A stretch of DNA of 64,000 nt, taken from the NCBI GenBank assembly GCA_039989895.1, contig JBDXGY010000006.1, forward strand, positions 835,092 through 899,091, read 5' to 3'. Made by a program: the position numbers and the translations under genes. Source of the DNA: Hyphomicrobiales bacterium (GTDB lineage: Bacteria; Pseudomonadota; Alphaproteobacteria; Rhizobiales; JACESI01). Shown piece after piece: positions 32,803 to 43,365 of this stretch. How positions within the stretch are numbered: position 1 is the stretch's first letter; every line of letters starts with the position of its first letter. The notes under the pieces were generated by a model. It searched no databases. It worked only from the letters and a program-made list of their open reading frames with translations, and was not told the origin of the DNA.

Positions 32803-34161
32803 CTATTTTTTCGCTGCCTTTGCACGAAACGTACGCGCCCAACCGCTTTTTTCAATCTGTTTGCCCCGTGCGATTGCTAAAGCATCAGCGGATACATCTT
32901 TTGTTATGACACTACCGGAACCAACATAAGCACCATCGGCCACCGTTACAGGCGCAACCAATGAAGAGTTTGACCCGATAAAAGCGCCTGCACCAACAAT
33001 GGTTTTGAACTTAGAATAACCATCATAATTACAGGTAATTGTACCCGCCCCGATATTCGCGCCCTCGCCTAGTTCAGCGTCACCAATATAAGTCAGATGA
33101 TTAATCTTCGCGCCGCGCGCCACTATGGCATTTTTAACTTCACAAAAATTCCCGACTTTCGCATCGGCATGAATGTTTGCACCCGGGCGCAGCCGCGCAT
33201 AAGGACCGATTTGCGCACCAGCGGCTACTTCAACCAAAAGCCCCTTCTTCAAATCGCCCTCAAGATATGAATTCGCTTTGATAATAGCACCATCGGCAAT
33301 TTGAACACCTGGCGCAAAGTAGCAATTGGGTTCGATAATGGTATCGCGCCCGATTTTTGTATCAAACGAGAAATGAACTGTGTCTGGCGCGGTCAATGTA
33401 ACGCCTTCAAGCATGAACTCTGTACGTCGACGATCCTGATAGATGGCTTCTGCTTGACTCAATTCCACACGATTATTAACGCCGAGCGTGTCTTCCTCCC
33501 GCCCACTCACAGCACGCACATTAAGCCCGCGCTCGCGAGCGATCTCAACGGCATCCGTGAGATAATATTCGCCTTTTACGTTGTCATTACCAATCGCCTC
33601 CAAAAGCGACAGAGCGTGTTTGGCTTTCAAGCCCATAATACCACTATTACAAAAGGTAACGCGGCGTTCTTCGGCGCTTGCATCTTTTTCTTCCCTAATG
33701 GCGCTTAACGTTTCACCATCCATGAGCAAACGACCATAGCCCGTGGGATCTTCCGCTTCAAAGCCTAGAACCGCAACATCAGCCCCCTGCTCCAGCGCAT
33801 TGACCACAGAAGCAAAAAGCTCAGGCGTCACAAGCGGCGTATCGCCGTAACCGATTATAATGTCGTGAGTGCCATCAGCAAAAGCCTCTTTGGCCGCAAG
33901 AACAGCATGAGCCGTGCCAAACCGCTCACTTTGGACATATGTTTCCAAGCCTGGCTTCATCAGGCTCGCCGCCTCTTCCACCTGTTTTGCACCATTACCA
34001 ACAACAAGCGATACATTATCACATCCCGCTAGTTCAATGGCACGGATAACGTGTCCCACCATCGGCAAGCCACCAACTTCATGCAAAACCTTAGGTAAAT
34101 TGGAACGCATCCGCGTTCCCTCACCAGCCGCTAGAACTACAGCGAGCAACATCTCAGCCAT
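32803..34161 (-). CDS. glmU: bifunctional UDP-GlcNAc pyrophosphorylase / GlcN-1-P acetyltransferase
   Basis: LAAGEGTRM motif and C-terminal left-handed beta-helix hexapeptide repeats. 452 aa. Confidence 0.95.
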   Translation of the reverse strand: MAEMLLAVVLAAGEGTRMRSNLPKVLHEVGGLPMVGHVIRAIELAGCDNVSLVVGNGAKQVEEAASLMKPGLETYVQSERFGTAHAVLAAKEAFADGTHDIIIGYGDTPLVTPELFASVVNALEQGADVAVLGFEAEDPTGYGRLLMDGETLSAIREEKDASAEERRVTFCNSGIMGLKAKHALSLLEAIGNDNVKGEYYLTDAVEIARERGLNVRAVSGREEDTLGVNNRVELSQAEAIYQDRRRTEFMLEGVTLTAPDTVHFSFDTKIGRDTIIEPNCYFAPGVQIADGAIIKANSYLEGDLKKGLLVEVAAGAQIGPYARLRPGANIHADAKVGNFCEVKNAIVARGAKINHLTYIGDAELGEGANIGAGTITCNYDGYSKFKTIVGAGAFIGSNSSLVAPVTVADGAYVGSGSVITKDVSADALAIARGKQIEKSGWARTFRAKAAKK

Positions 34162-34259
34162 CCTTCACCTTTTCTTTGTCTTATTCGTTAAATATCAACG
34201 AATCTAGTATCATTAATATAGTCGAAACTTTTAACAACGAACGGGACGTTGAAGAGACC

Positions 34260-35210
34260 ATGCTATCTTCTACACAAAAAGATATAAAAACAGATAAACG
34301 TTTGTTGGACGATTCAAAAAAATCCACATTTACAACTTCAGCTATTAGCGTTTTTTGGGGTGCTTTGGCTCTGCTTGCGCTTCTTACAGTCGGCATCTCC
34401 TTTTTAGTAACCGACTTTGACGATAGACTTGCCCAAAACTTCAATCCTCAGATCGATAGAATTACAACCGCAAGTACTTCCTCTGGAACACGCAGTATCA
34501 AAGTAGCTAGACGAAACAAACATGTTTTCGATTCGAAAGCTCAAAAAAAGAAAATTGATGATATATCTATTGTTATTCAACGCCTTCGAGGTGAACAGGT
34601 TTCCTTAAATAACAGAGTTATTGAATTGGAAAAACAGCTCGATAAAACGCGTACTCACACAAAAACTTTAGAAAAAGAGATACAATATACACAAAATAAA
34701 AACAAAATCGCCTCTCAAACCCCACGTATTATAACTCCGCAGCGGGGACCTAATCTAAATCCAGAGCGGAGTGGAAAAGCTATAGCGAAAGCGCGGAACT
34801 CTTTTAAAGCAAAAACAAATCAGGCCTTGCCTGACAAGCTCGTAAAAGAAGTAAAGAAATCAAAAGCAACTTCTGGCACTACGATTGTAGCCAAGACCAA
34901 TAAATCGACAAAACCAAGCGTTGATAAAACTGTCGTGGGAAGCATCAACATTGTTAACAGCTCAAAATTTGCCATTGATCTTGGCGTGAATTCGACAAAA
35001 GCCCGCGCCAAGGGGCTATGGAAAGAGCTCAGCACTAAAAGACCAGGTATTTTGGCTAATCTTACTCCACGCTATATTTCTACAGGCAAAGCAGATGGTG
35101 AAACACGTGTTGTTGCTGGCCCGTTTTTAGATGCCAGTGACGCAATCAAAGCATGTGTAGCTGTGCGTTCCACTGAGGGATTTTGTAAAACCTCATTATT
35201 TCCCAATTAG
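34260..35210 (+). CDS. SPOR-domain (peptidoglycan-binding) membrane protein
   Basis: One transmembrane segment, a Lys-rich coiled/linker region and a C-terminal SPOR-like domain (FAIDLGVNSTKARAKGLW...RVVAGPFLDASDAIKAC). I prefer the ATG at 34260 to the track start at 34176. Confidence 0.7.
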   Translation: MLSSTQKDIKTDKRLLDDSKKSTFTTSAISVFWGALALLALLTVGISFLVTDFDDRLAQNFNPQIDRITTASTSSGTRSIKVARRNKHVFDSKAQKKKIDDISIVIQRLRGEQVSLNNRVIELEKQLDKTRTHTKTLEKEIQYTQNKNKIASQTPRIITPQRGPNLNPERSGKAIAKARNSFKAKTNQALPDKLVKEVKKSKATSGTTIVAKTNKSTKPSVDKTVVGSINIVNSSKFAIDLGVNSTKARAKGLWKELSTKRPGILANLTPRYISTGKADGETRVVAGPFLDASDAIKACVAVRSTEGFCKTSLFPN

Positions 35211-35215
35211 CCAGC

Positions 35216-35947
35216 TTATCCAATAGTTGCAAGTGCCGGAAAAAACTCAATCAGATAGTTAGCAATCCATGTAATGGAGCCGGTGACAAAGAGAATTCCG
35301 GTGGCAACAAGCATTCCACCCATTGCCTTTTCCACAGAACCAAGATGCCGGCGAAACTTCATCATAAAGGCCATAAAAGGCTTTGCGAAAAAGGCCGCTA
35401 ACATGAACGGGATGCCTATACCCATTGAATAAACACCAAGCAACAACGCACCTTTTGAAGCACTGTCTTCTGTGCCTGCTAAGGCTAGAATAGTTGCCAA
35501 AATCGGACCTATACAAGGGGTCCAACCAAAAGCAAAAGCCAAGCCCATCACATAAGAACCAACAGGACCAGATGTTACTTTGCTCGCATCAGGTCTCGCT
35601 TCTTTATATAAAAAGCCTAGTTTAAACAGACCAAGAAAATGCAGGCCCATAACGATGATAACCACACCTGCAATCTGAGCCAGAATTGTTTGATGCTTCA
35701 ATAGCACCTGCCCTATCAATGAGGCACTTGTTCCCAAAGCAACGAAGACGGTTGTAAAACCGAGCACAAAACAAAGGGACACAAATAAAATATAACTTTG
35801 TGGCCGCTCTGATTCCTCTTCGCCAACCAATTGATCGATTGAAACCCCAGCCATATAGCAAAGATAAGGTGGAACAAGCGGCAAAACACAAGGTGATACG
35901 AATGATATAACACCACCCAATAAAGCACCTATCAATGAAATTTCCAT
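35216..35947 (-). CDS. ccdA: cytochrome c biogenesis thiol-disulfide transporter CcdA (DsbD-family core)
   Basis: Six transmembrane helices with the conserved Cys motifs SPCVLPLVPPY and WTPCIGPIL. Confidence 0.9.
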   Translation of the reverse strand: MEISLIGALLGGVISFVSPCVLPLVPPYLCYMAGVSIDQLVGEEESERPQSYILFVSLCFVLGFTTVFVALGTSASLIGQVLLKHQTILAQIAGVVIIVMGLHFLGLFKLGFLYKEARPDASKVTSGPVGSYVMGLAFAFGWTPCIGPILATILALAGTEDSASKGALLLGVYSMGIGIPFMLAAFFAKPFMAFMMKFRRHLGSVEKAMGGMLVATGILFVTGSITWIANYLIEFFPALATIG

Positions 35948-36234
35948 ATATTATTCGTCTTTCACATTATCATTCTTGGTCAACGAACAAGTTTTCATTC
36001 ATTTAAGCCAAGATAAATACTAACTTGCATTAACATGATGTCAGCAGCTTAAGTTACCCAGATAATATATGCTGGCATATCTTGTTTTTAAATATTGAAC
36101 AACGCACATCTATTAACATCTTCTTGAGCAGCCAAACCACGGCGTTAACCTGATGTTCAAACGGTGTAAATATATTGGCATAAAAGCTATTGACTGACTA
36201 AGTCACACAGCCTAAGAAGCCCGTCTATGCGTTG

Positions 36235-36310
36235 GAGCCGGTAGCTCAGTTGGTAGAGCAACTGACTTTTAATCAGTAGGTCCAGGGTTCGAATCCCTGC
36301 CGGCTCACCA
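36235..36310 (+). tRNA. tRNA-Lys (anticodon UUU)
   Basis: Cloverleaf read by hand: acceptor GAGCCGG/CCGGCUC, anticodon loop CUUUUAA, T-loop GGTTCGAATCC, encoded CCA. Confidence 0.93.
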
Positions 36311-36454
36311 TAGATCTCAATAAAATCAATAATTATATGATATGAACGCAGTTCGTGTACACTCGGCGCCAGTTACATGACTTGCACGTTATTTTCGATA
36401 CTAAAGCACCCTTATATTCACGACCAATTTAGTAGCATTGCCGCTTAGCTTTAT

Positions 36455-37432
36455 TCAGCCCTCAGCGATTTGTTTGACTTTTTCAACCATGATTTCTGCT
36501 TGGCGGATGGATGCATAATCGATCAATTGTCCGTCCAGTGATACTGCACCTTGGCCTGCTGTTTCGGCTTTAGCCATAGCTTTCAAGATACGTTTTGCGA
36601 GATCAACCTCGCTGCTCGAAGGGCTCATAACCTCGTTAGCTAATGCGATTTGACTCGGGTGAATGGCCCATTTTCCTTCACAGCCCAGAACTGCAGCCCG
36701 TTTTGCAGCAGCTTTGAAACCATCAGGATCTTTAATATTACCAAACGGACCATCAACAGGACGCAATCCATTGGCACGCGCAGCCACGACTATCCGTGCG
36801 AGTGCATAGTGCCACATATCTCCCCAATGGACATCGCGATTTTCATCTGAATCCGGATCAGTCAAGACGGCATAATCTTCATTCACACCTCCGATGAGTG
36901 TGGTTCGTGCGCGTACACTTGCAGCATAGTCTGCGCTCCCAAAATGAAGACTTTCATTTCGCTTGGAAGCACTGGCAATTTCCGAAACGTTTTGCATCCC
37001 CAAAGCGGTCTCAATTATATGCTCAAAACCGATGCGTTTTTTGTACCCTTTTGCATCTTCGATTTGAGTCACCAACATATCCACTGCATAGACATCTGCG
37101 GCCGTCCCAATTTTCGGTATCATGATCATATCGAGCCTCTCACCAGCCTGCTCAATAACGTCAACCACATCGCGATACATGTAGTGTGTATCCAAACCGT
37201 TGATGCGGACCGACATCGATTTGGTTCCCCAGTCAATTTCGTTCAAGCCCTTGATGACGTTTTTTCTCGCCTGTTCTTTCTCGTCTGGTGCAACGGCATC
37301 TTCAAGATCAAGGAAGATTACATCAACATCAGATTTTGCAGCCTTTTCAAACATTTGAGGCTTGCTTCCTGGTACCGCGAGTTCGCTACGGTTTAGTCGT
37401 ACAGTCGCTTGCTCGATGGGATGAAAGCTCAT
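36455..37432 (-). CDS. mcl: L-malyl-CoA/beta-methylmalyl-CoA lyase (HpcH/HpaI-CitE family)
   Basis: Close by eye to Rhodobacter Mcl1 as I recall it (SVRINGLDT..YRDVVD..EQAG.RLD.IMIPK.G.AADVYAVD). 325 aa. Confidence 0.75.
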   Translation of the reverse strand: MSFHPIEQATVRLNRSELAVPGSKPQMFEKAAKSDVDVIFLDLEDAVAPDEKEQARKNVIKGLNEIDWGTKSMSVRINGLDTHYMYRDVVDVIEQAGERLDMIMIPKIGTAADVYAVDMLVTQIEDAKGYKKRIGFEHIIETALGMQNVSEIASASKRNESLHFGSADYAASVRARTTLIGGVNEDYAVLTDPDSDENRDVHWGDMWHYALARIVVAARANGLRPVDGPFGNIKDPDGFKAAAKRAAVLGCEGKWAIHPSQIALANEVMSPSSSEVDLAKRILKAMAKAETAGQGAVSLDGQLIDYASIRQAEIMVEKVKQIAEG

Positions 37433-38016
37433 CTTTTATTATCCTTAGCATTATGTTCCTGAACTGGGTGAAACACAGAAAGCAAAAACATTATGTCTGT
37501 CAAGCGTATTATTTTGGCCGGTTTTTCTGCTTACAAGACAATCGGCAACTTAGGTCTGACCACCCCCATTTATAGCAAGTCGCGATAAAAAGAAAAAGGC
37601 AACTGCCAGCGCACGACTCGTCACAGACAACTTTTCATAAAGGTCAGACAAGTGAATAAACTTCTGTCAGAAAACAGCACCTTTTCCTGCAATTTTCTTG
37701 CAGATTACAACTCTTATAAAGTTTTGAAATAACCAATCACAATGATGAACGAGTGACACTCGATCACCCTAAAAGGGAAGAACAATCATCATCATCACGC
37801 TTTGGAGACAAAAATGTGATTAAATACTCGACAAAAGAGTTATGAGATGGACTATTGTGCATATATTGAAGTGTGTGAGCCAATGACCCGTTCCCAACAG
37901 CCTGCTCATTGTATCTATAGTCATATTTCAGCCATGAGTTTGCAGCAATTATCAAACCATATTTGAGAACGCGCAGATACGATGGTATTACAACGCCATA
38001 ACAAAAGGTAATTTGA

Positions 38017-39399
38017 ATGATATTAAATTTTCGCTCCCCCCTTAAAACTATTGGCGCCACACTCCTTTCAGGTGTGATTGCATCCTCCGCATTCGTTTCC
38101 TCAGCAAACGCCCAGCGAGGCATATCTCTCGTGCGTGATGCGGAAATTGAAGCTTTAATGCGTGATTATTCAAATCCGATTTTCAAGGCGGCGGGCTTGG
38201 GAACAAACTACGTGAATATCCACCTTGTCAGATCCAACGATTTCAACGCCTTTGTTGCTGATGGCAAACGTATGTTTATGAATACCGGCACGCTAAAACA
38301 GGCAAAGACGCCCAATGAAGTGATTGGCGTGATTGCGCATGAGGTTGGTCATATCACAGGGGGCCACCTCTCCAGCATTAGATCAGCTGCCGCGAATGCG
38401 CGAACAATTTCGATTTTTGCACAAATTTTAGCTGGTGTAGCAGCCGCCGCTGGTGCAGCAGCTGGCAATGCCCAAGTAATACAAGGTGGCTTAGCCGGCA
38501 TTCAAGGAGGCGGTGCTCTTGGACAACGCAACTTACTCGCCCATGTGCGCGCTCAGGAAGTGGCCGCCGATCGTTCAGCGATGAAATATCTTGAAAAAAC
38601 GCAACAATCAGGCGAAGGGATGCTGCGTACATTTGAAACATTACAGCGCCAAATCCCGATTTCATCAAGATTTATTGACCCCTTCACCCAATCACACCCA
38701 CTACCACGTGAACGTATATCGTTGATCACAAGATTAGTGGAGCAAAGCAAATATAGAGATCGCAAAGACCCACCAAGAATGCTGGCTAGACATACCCTCA
38801 TGCATGCCAAGTTAGCGGCTTTCACAGAGCACCCTCAACAAGTGGGCAAGCTCTATCCCAAAAAGGATAAATCACTAGCAGCTGATTATGCTCGCGCCAT
38901 TATTGGTTACCGCTTTGGCAATGTAAAAAAAGCACAAAAAAGCATTGACGCTCTTATTAAACGCGCTCCCAATTACCCGTATTTTTGGGAATTGAAAGGC
39001 CAAGCCTATCTTGAAAGCGGGAAACCTCGAGAAGCCATAGCACCTCTACGCAAAGCATTGAAGCTTTCTCCCGGGCAACCACTTATGTTGTCTCAACTGG
39101 GACATGCACTTGTCGCCACTGAAGATGCAAAGCACACCAATGAAGCCATTAAGGTTTTAACAGCAGCCGTATCGCGTGATCAAAGTCTCGGACTTGCACA
39201 CAGACAGCTTGCCATCGCCTATAACAGACAAGGCAAAATCGGTGATGCAACTCTAGCACATGCAAACGGACTTTTTTATCTCGGTGATGTACGAGGAGCA
39301 AAGGTTCAAGCAAAGCGAGCCCAAAAATTACTCCCCCGCGGATCAAGAGGCTGGCTAGAAGCTGATGATATTTTAGCTTTCCGCAAACCAAAATTATGA
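38017..39399 (+). CDS. M48-family zinc metalloprotease with C-terminal TPR repeats (BepA-like)
   Basis: Signal peptide, HEVGH zinc motif (AHEVGHITGGH) and TPR-like C-terminal half. Confidence 0.85.
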   Translation: MILNFRSPLKTIGATLLSGVIASSAFVSSANAQRGISLVRDAEIEALMRDYSNPIFKAAGLGTNYVNIHLVRSNDFNAFVADGKRMFMNTGTLKQAKTPNEVIGVIAHEVGHITGGHLSSIRSAAANARTISIFAQILAGVAAAAGAAAGNAQVIQGGLAGIQGGGALGQRNLLAHVRAQEVAADRSAMKYLEKTQQSGEGMLRTFETLQRQIPISSRFIDPFTQSHPLPRERISLITRLVEQSKYRDRKDPPRMLARHTLMHAKLAAFTEHPQQVGKLYPKKDKSLAADYARAIIGYRFGNVKKAQKSIDALIKRAPNYPYFWELKGQAYLESGKPREAIAPLRKALKLSPGQPLMLSQLGHALVATEDAKHTNEAIKVLTAAVSRDQSLGLAHRQLAIAYNRQGKIGDATLAHANGLFYLGDVRGAKVQAKRAQKLLPRGSRGWLEADDILAFRKPKL

Positions 39400-39450
39400 T
39401 ATGATTTTGTTATCATAAATAATAACAATAATTACGACAGGGTCTTTTGG

Positions 39451-40242
39451 ATGTTTTCAATTCTTCGAGCATGTAGCACTGCAACTCTTGTTTTTAGTGC
39501 CATTTTCTTCAGCCAAACCCTGAGCTCAACATCCACGCTTGCGCAAAGTGTGAAACAAAGCACCCGCCCTCTCACCGAGACAGAACAAGTGGTGCGCGAT
39601 TATATTTTGAAAAATCCTGAGGTCATAATAGAAGCGCTACAAATTCTCGAAGACCGCCGGGAAGCTGAGCAAAGTCAACAGCAAAAACTGTCGATTACAA
39701 GAAATAAAGATGATTTAGAATCATCGGTTCATCAAACCATTCTTGGCAATCCAGAGGGCGACGTCACTTTAATTGAATTCTTTGATTACAATTGTGCCTT
39801 TTGCCGTGAATCACTCCAACATATCGAGAAACTTGTTGAAGAAGACAATAACCTAAGAGTTGTTTTAAAAGAATTTCCGGTTCTTGGGCCTGGGTCGCAA
39901 GCTGCCGCACGCGTTGCTATTGCCGCCGCAAAAATTGATTCAGAAAAATATTTGGAACTCCATGTCAAACTTTTGAAAACGCGCGGGCAAGCCGATGAAC
40001 GCGTCGCTCTCTTGCTGGCTGAAGGCCTTGGCTATGACATGAGTGTCCTACGCACAATGATGGAAAAGCCCGTTATCGAAGAAGCTATTACGGAAGTATA
40101 TGGCCTTGCGAATGTAATTGGATTAACTGGTACACCTACATTTATCATTGGTAGTGAAGTCTTGCCTGGTGCTGTCGGCCATAACATTTTGAAACAAAAA
40201 ATCGATTCAATGCGCGAATGCGGTGAGACTGTATGTTCATAA
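39451..40242 (+). CDS. periplasmic DsbA-family thiol:disulfide oxidoreductase
   Basis: Signal peptide and the CAFC active site in FFDYNCAFCRES. 263 aa. Confidence 0.85.
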   Translation: MFSILRACSTATLVFSAIFFSQTLSSTSTLAQSVKQSTRPLTETEQVVRDYILKNPEVIIEALQILEDRREAEQSQQQKLSITRNKDDLESSVHQTILGNPEGDVTLIEFFDYNCAFCRESLQHIEKLVEEDNNLRVVLKEFPVLGPGSQAAARVAIAAAKIDSEKYLELHVKLLKTRGQADERVALLLAEGLGYDMSVLRTMMEKPVIEEAITEVYGLANVIGLTGTPTFIIGSEVLPGAVGHNILKQKIDSMRECGETVCS

Positions 40243-40336
40243 AATCAATTGATTGATAAGAATGCGAGACTTATTCTTTTAAGTTAAATCATCACTATGA
40301 TATAACAGCGCAACAAAACTCTGATATAAAATCAAT

Positions 40337-40777
40337 ATGACTGATGTTCTGATTCTTAATGGACCTAATCTCAACCTGCTTGGCACGCGGGAACCGGAGA
40401 TTTATGGGGAAACTACTTTGAGTGATGTTGAAAAACAATGTTCGCTTGAAGGAAGCCGCTTGGGTTTAAATATAACCCACAAACAGTCTAACCACGAAGG
40501 TGAACTTGTATCTACACTGCAAGACGCAGGAGCAGCAGGTACATGGGTTGTGTTTAACTCTGGCGCTTACACACACACTTCCGTCGCTCTTCATGATGCA
40601 ATTGTCGGCAGTAGCTGCAAGGTCATTGAGGTTCATATATCAAATGTCCACGCCCGCGAAACATTCAGACATCACTCATTCATATCCCCTGTTGCACAAG
40701 GCACTATTGTAGGTCTTGGCACATATGGGTATATACTCGCTCTTCAGGCTATCGCTGAACAAACGAAAGACCTATAA
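40337..40777 (+). CDS. aroQ: type II 3-dehydroquinate dehydratase
   Basis: ILNGPNLNLLGTREPEIYG N-terminus and the HISN motif. 146 aa. Confidence 0.95.
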   Translation: MTDVLILNGPNLNLLGTREPEIYGETTLSDVEKQCSLEGSRLGLNITHKQSNHEGELVSTLQDAGAAGTWVVFNSGAYTHTSVALHDAIVGSSCKVIEVHISNVHARETFRHHSFISPVAQGTIVGLGTYGYILALQAIAEQTKDL

Positions 40778-40839
40778 GGATTTGTCAAAACAATAATTTG
40801 CCAAATATGTGTCCGCTTAAATTTTGAGAAAAAGAAAAA

Positions 40840-41310
40840 ATGTCATCATCTGATCCAATTGACCACGATCTCATCCGCAAACTTGCTCAACTACTGTCTG
40901 ATACGGACTTAAATGAAATCGAGATAGAGCACGAAACATTGCGCTTGCGCCTATCCCGTAATCCGGCGCCTGTACAAACTGTGGTACAAGCAGCACCCCC
41001 TGTAGCAGCGCCTCAAGCAGTCGCCACAAGCGCCCCAGCAGAGATTGCAGCGCCTACACCTACAGCAGGATCAATGGAAGGTGCCCTCAGCTCGCCAATG
41101 GTTGGCACAGCTTATTTGTCAGCAGAACCTGGAAACCCGCCCTTTGTAAAAGTAGGCGATAGCGTAAAAGCAGGCCAAACGGTTCTCATTATTGAAGCCA
41201 TGAAGACGATGAATCAGATACCAGCCCAAAAAGACGGCAAAGTTACAGCTATCCTCATTGATGATGCCCAGCCAGTCGAATTCGGCGAACCACTCATCGT
41301 GATCGAATAA
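40840..41310 (+). CDS. accB: acetyl-CoA carboxylase biotin carboxyl carrier protein
   Basis: Ala/Pro linker and the biotinylation motif IEAMKTMN. Lies directly upstream of accC. Confidence 0.93.
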   Translation: MSSSDPIDHDLIRKLAQLLSDTDLNEIEIEHETLRLRLSRNPAPVQTVVQAAPPVAAPQAVATSAPAEIAAPTPTAGSMEGALSSPMVGTAYLSAEPGNPPFVKVGDSVKAGQTVLIIEAMKTMNQIPAQKDGKVTAILIDDAQPVEFGEPLIVIE

Positions 41311-41320
41311 GGAAAGCGGC

Positions 41321-42676
41321 GTGTTTAACAAGCTTCTGATTGCCAATCGCGGCGAAATCGCCCTTAGAGTCCTGCGTGCCTGTAAAGAACTTGGCATTAA
41401 AACCGTTGCCGCTCATTCCGCAGCTGATGCAAACGCAATGCATGTACGCCTTGCCGATGAGAGCGTGTGTATTGGTCCGCCTGCGGCCCGTGATTCTTAT
41501 TTGAAAATTCCGGAAATTCTGGCAGCCTGTGAAATCACTGGCGCCGATGCCGTACACCCTGGTTATGGCTTTTTATCAGAAAACGCCCGTTTTTCTGAAA
41601 TTTTAGCAGCTCACAACATCACCTTCGTTGGTCCCTCAGCAGAACACATCTCCATTATGGGAGATAAAATAACCGCGAAACAAACAGCCCAGCGATTAGG
41701 TATTCCGGTTGTTCCTGGCTCAGACGGTGCCATTAAAGATATTAAGACGGCTAAAAAAGTTGCCGCACAGATCGGTTATCCCGTTATTGTAAAGGCAGCA
41801 TCTGGTGGTGGCGGTCGCGGCATGAAAGTGGCAATGACCGAGGCTGATTTACCCGAAGCAGTCTCAACTGCAAAAACTGAATCAAAAGCAGCATTCGGTG
41901 ATGATGCCCTTTATCTCGAAAAATACCTCATTACCCCACGCCATATTGAAATTCAGGTATTTGGTGACGGCAAAGGCAATGCGATCCATTTAGGAGAACG
42001 CGATTGCTCCTTGCAAAGACGTCATCAAAAAGTATGGGAAGAAGCGTTATCCCCGACATTGAATGAAAATGAACGAGCAAAAATAGGTGATATTTGCGCT
42101 AAAGCCGTTGCTGAAATTGGTTATTCAGGCGCAGGTACGGTTGAATTTCTCTATGAAAATGGCGAGTTTTATTTCATTGAGATGAACACGCGCCTACAAG
42201 TTGAACACCCAATCACCGAGGCGGTCACAGGCGTTGATCTCGTTCACGAACAATTACGCATCGCGTCAGGTGGCTCTTTATCTGTGAAACAGGAAGACAT
42301 CGTGTTCACCGGCCACGCAATTGAATGCCGCATTAACGCCGAACATGCTAAAACTTTCGCGCCATCACCGGGAACGATTACTCAGTATCATCCGCCGGGC
42401 GGTTTCGGTGTGCGCGTTGATTCAGGTGTCTATCAGGGATATACAATTCCTCCCTACTACGACAGTTTGATCGGCAAATTGATTGTCCATGGCCGCAATC
42501 GTACTGACTGTTTGATGCGCCTACGCCGTGCCTTAGATGAATTTATCATTGATGGTGTAGAAACAACGATCCCCCTCTTCCACAATCTTCTGGCGGAACG
42601 GGATATTCAAGACGGTAATTATGATATTCACTGGCTTGAAAATTACCTCGCGAAAGACGATGCTTCGACATCTTGA
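41321..42676 (+). CDS. accC: acetyl-CoA carboxylase biotin carboxylase subunit
   Basis: LIANRGEIA, the ATP-grasp GGGGRGM motif and EMNTRLQVEHP. GTG start, 451 aa. Confidence 0.95.
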   Translation: MFNKLLIANRGEIALRVLRACKELGIKTVAAHSAADANAMHVRLADESVCIGPPAARDSYLKIPEILAACEITGADAVHPGYGFLSENARFSEILAAHNITFVGPSAEHISIMGDKITAKQTAQRLGIPVVPGSDGAIKDIKTAKKVAAQIGYPVIVKAASGGGGRGMKVAMTEADLPEAVSTAKTESKAAFGDDALYLEKYLITPRHIEIQVFGDGKGNAIHLGERDCSLQRRHQKVWEEALSPTLNENERAKIGDICAKAVAEIGYSGAGTVEFLYENGEFYFIEMNTRLQVEHPITEAVTGVDLVHEQLRIASGGSLSVKQEDIVFTGHAIECRINAEHAKTFAPSPGTITQYHPPGGFGVRVDSGVYQGYTIPPYYDSLIGKLIVHGRNRTDCLMRLRRALDEFIIDGVETTIPLFHNLLAERDIQDGNYDIHWLENYLAKDDASTS

Positions 42677-42696
42677 ATAACAGATTGATGAAATAG

Positions 42697-43365
42697 GTGG
42701 ACAGCAACGCGACCTTAAAGATAACGCCCAATGTGTTGTTAAAAGCCTATGCTTGCGGCATTTTTCCTATGTCAGAAGGCGCAGAAGATAAAGGCCTGTT
42801 TTGGGTCGAACCTGAAGAACGTGGCATTTTACCTTTAAACGAGTTCCACATACCGCGCAGTCTTCGCAAGACTGTGCGCAATACAGCCTATCGCGTTGTC
42901 GTTAATCAAAATTTTGCAGGCGTAATCGAAGGCTGTGCCGCATCAAAAACAGGACGTGAAGTCACCTGGATCAATGCAGAAATCAAAAAATTATACACTG
43001 GCCTTTATGATATGGGGCAATGCCATACGGTTGAAGTCTATGATGAGGAAAAACTTATCGGCGGCCTTTATGGCGTTCAGCTTGGCAGTGCATTTTTTGG
43101 TGAAAGCATGTTTTCACATGCAACCGATACTTCAAAAATAGCGCTGGTGCATTTGGTCGCGCGCCTGATCGCAGGCGGCTTCAGCCTTCTTGATACACAA
43201 TTCACAACCGAGCATTTAGAAAAATTCGGGGCGAGAGAAATTCCACGCGCCCGCTATCATTTACTGTTGGACACCGCCATCCGTAATCACACCGACTACC
43301 ATATGATCGGCGATAGCATGACAGGCACTCAAACATTAGAAATTATTGATAGTTTTCAAAACTAG
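42697..43365 (+). CDS. aat: leucyl/phenylalanyl-tRNA--protein transferase
   Basis: GIFPM, VIEGCA and GESMFS motifs characteristic of Aat. GTG start. Confidence 0.9.
   Translation: MDSNATLKITPNVLLKAYACGIFPMSEGAEDKGLFWVEPEERGILPLNEFHIPRSLRKTVRNTAYRVVVNQNFAGVIEGCAASKTGREVTWINAEIKKLYTGLYDMGQCHTVEVYDEEKLIGGLYGVQLGSAFFGESMFSHATDTSKIALVHLVARLIAGGFSLLDTQFTTEHLEKFGAREIPRARYHLLLDTAIRNHTDYHMIGDSMTGTQTLEIIDSFQN

Noticed and set aside
37764-38123. 119-aa minus-strand ORF upstream of and overlapping the M48 protease start.
   Set aside because: It has no RBS or recognisable domain, overlaps the well-supported protease gene start, and looks like a chance ORF in AT-rich intergenic DNA.
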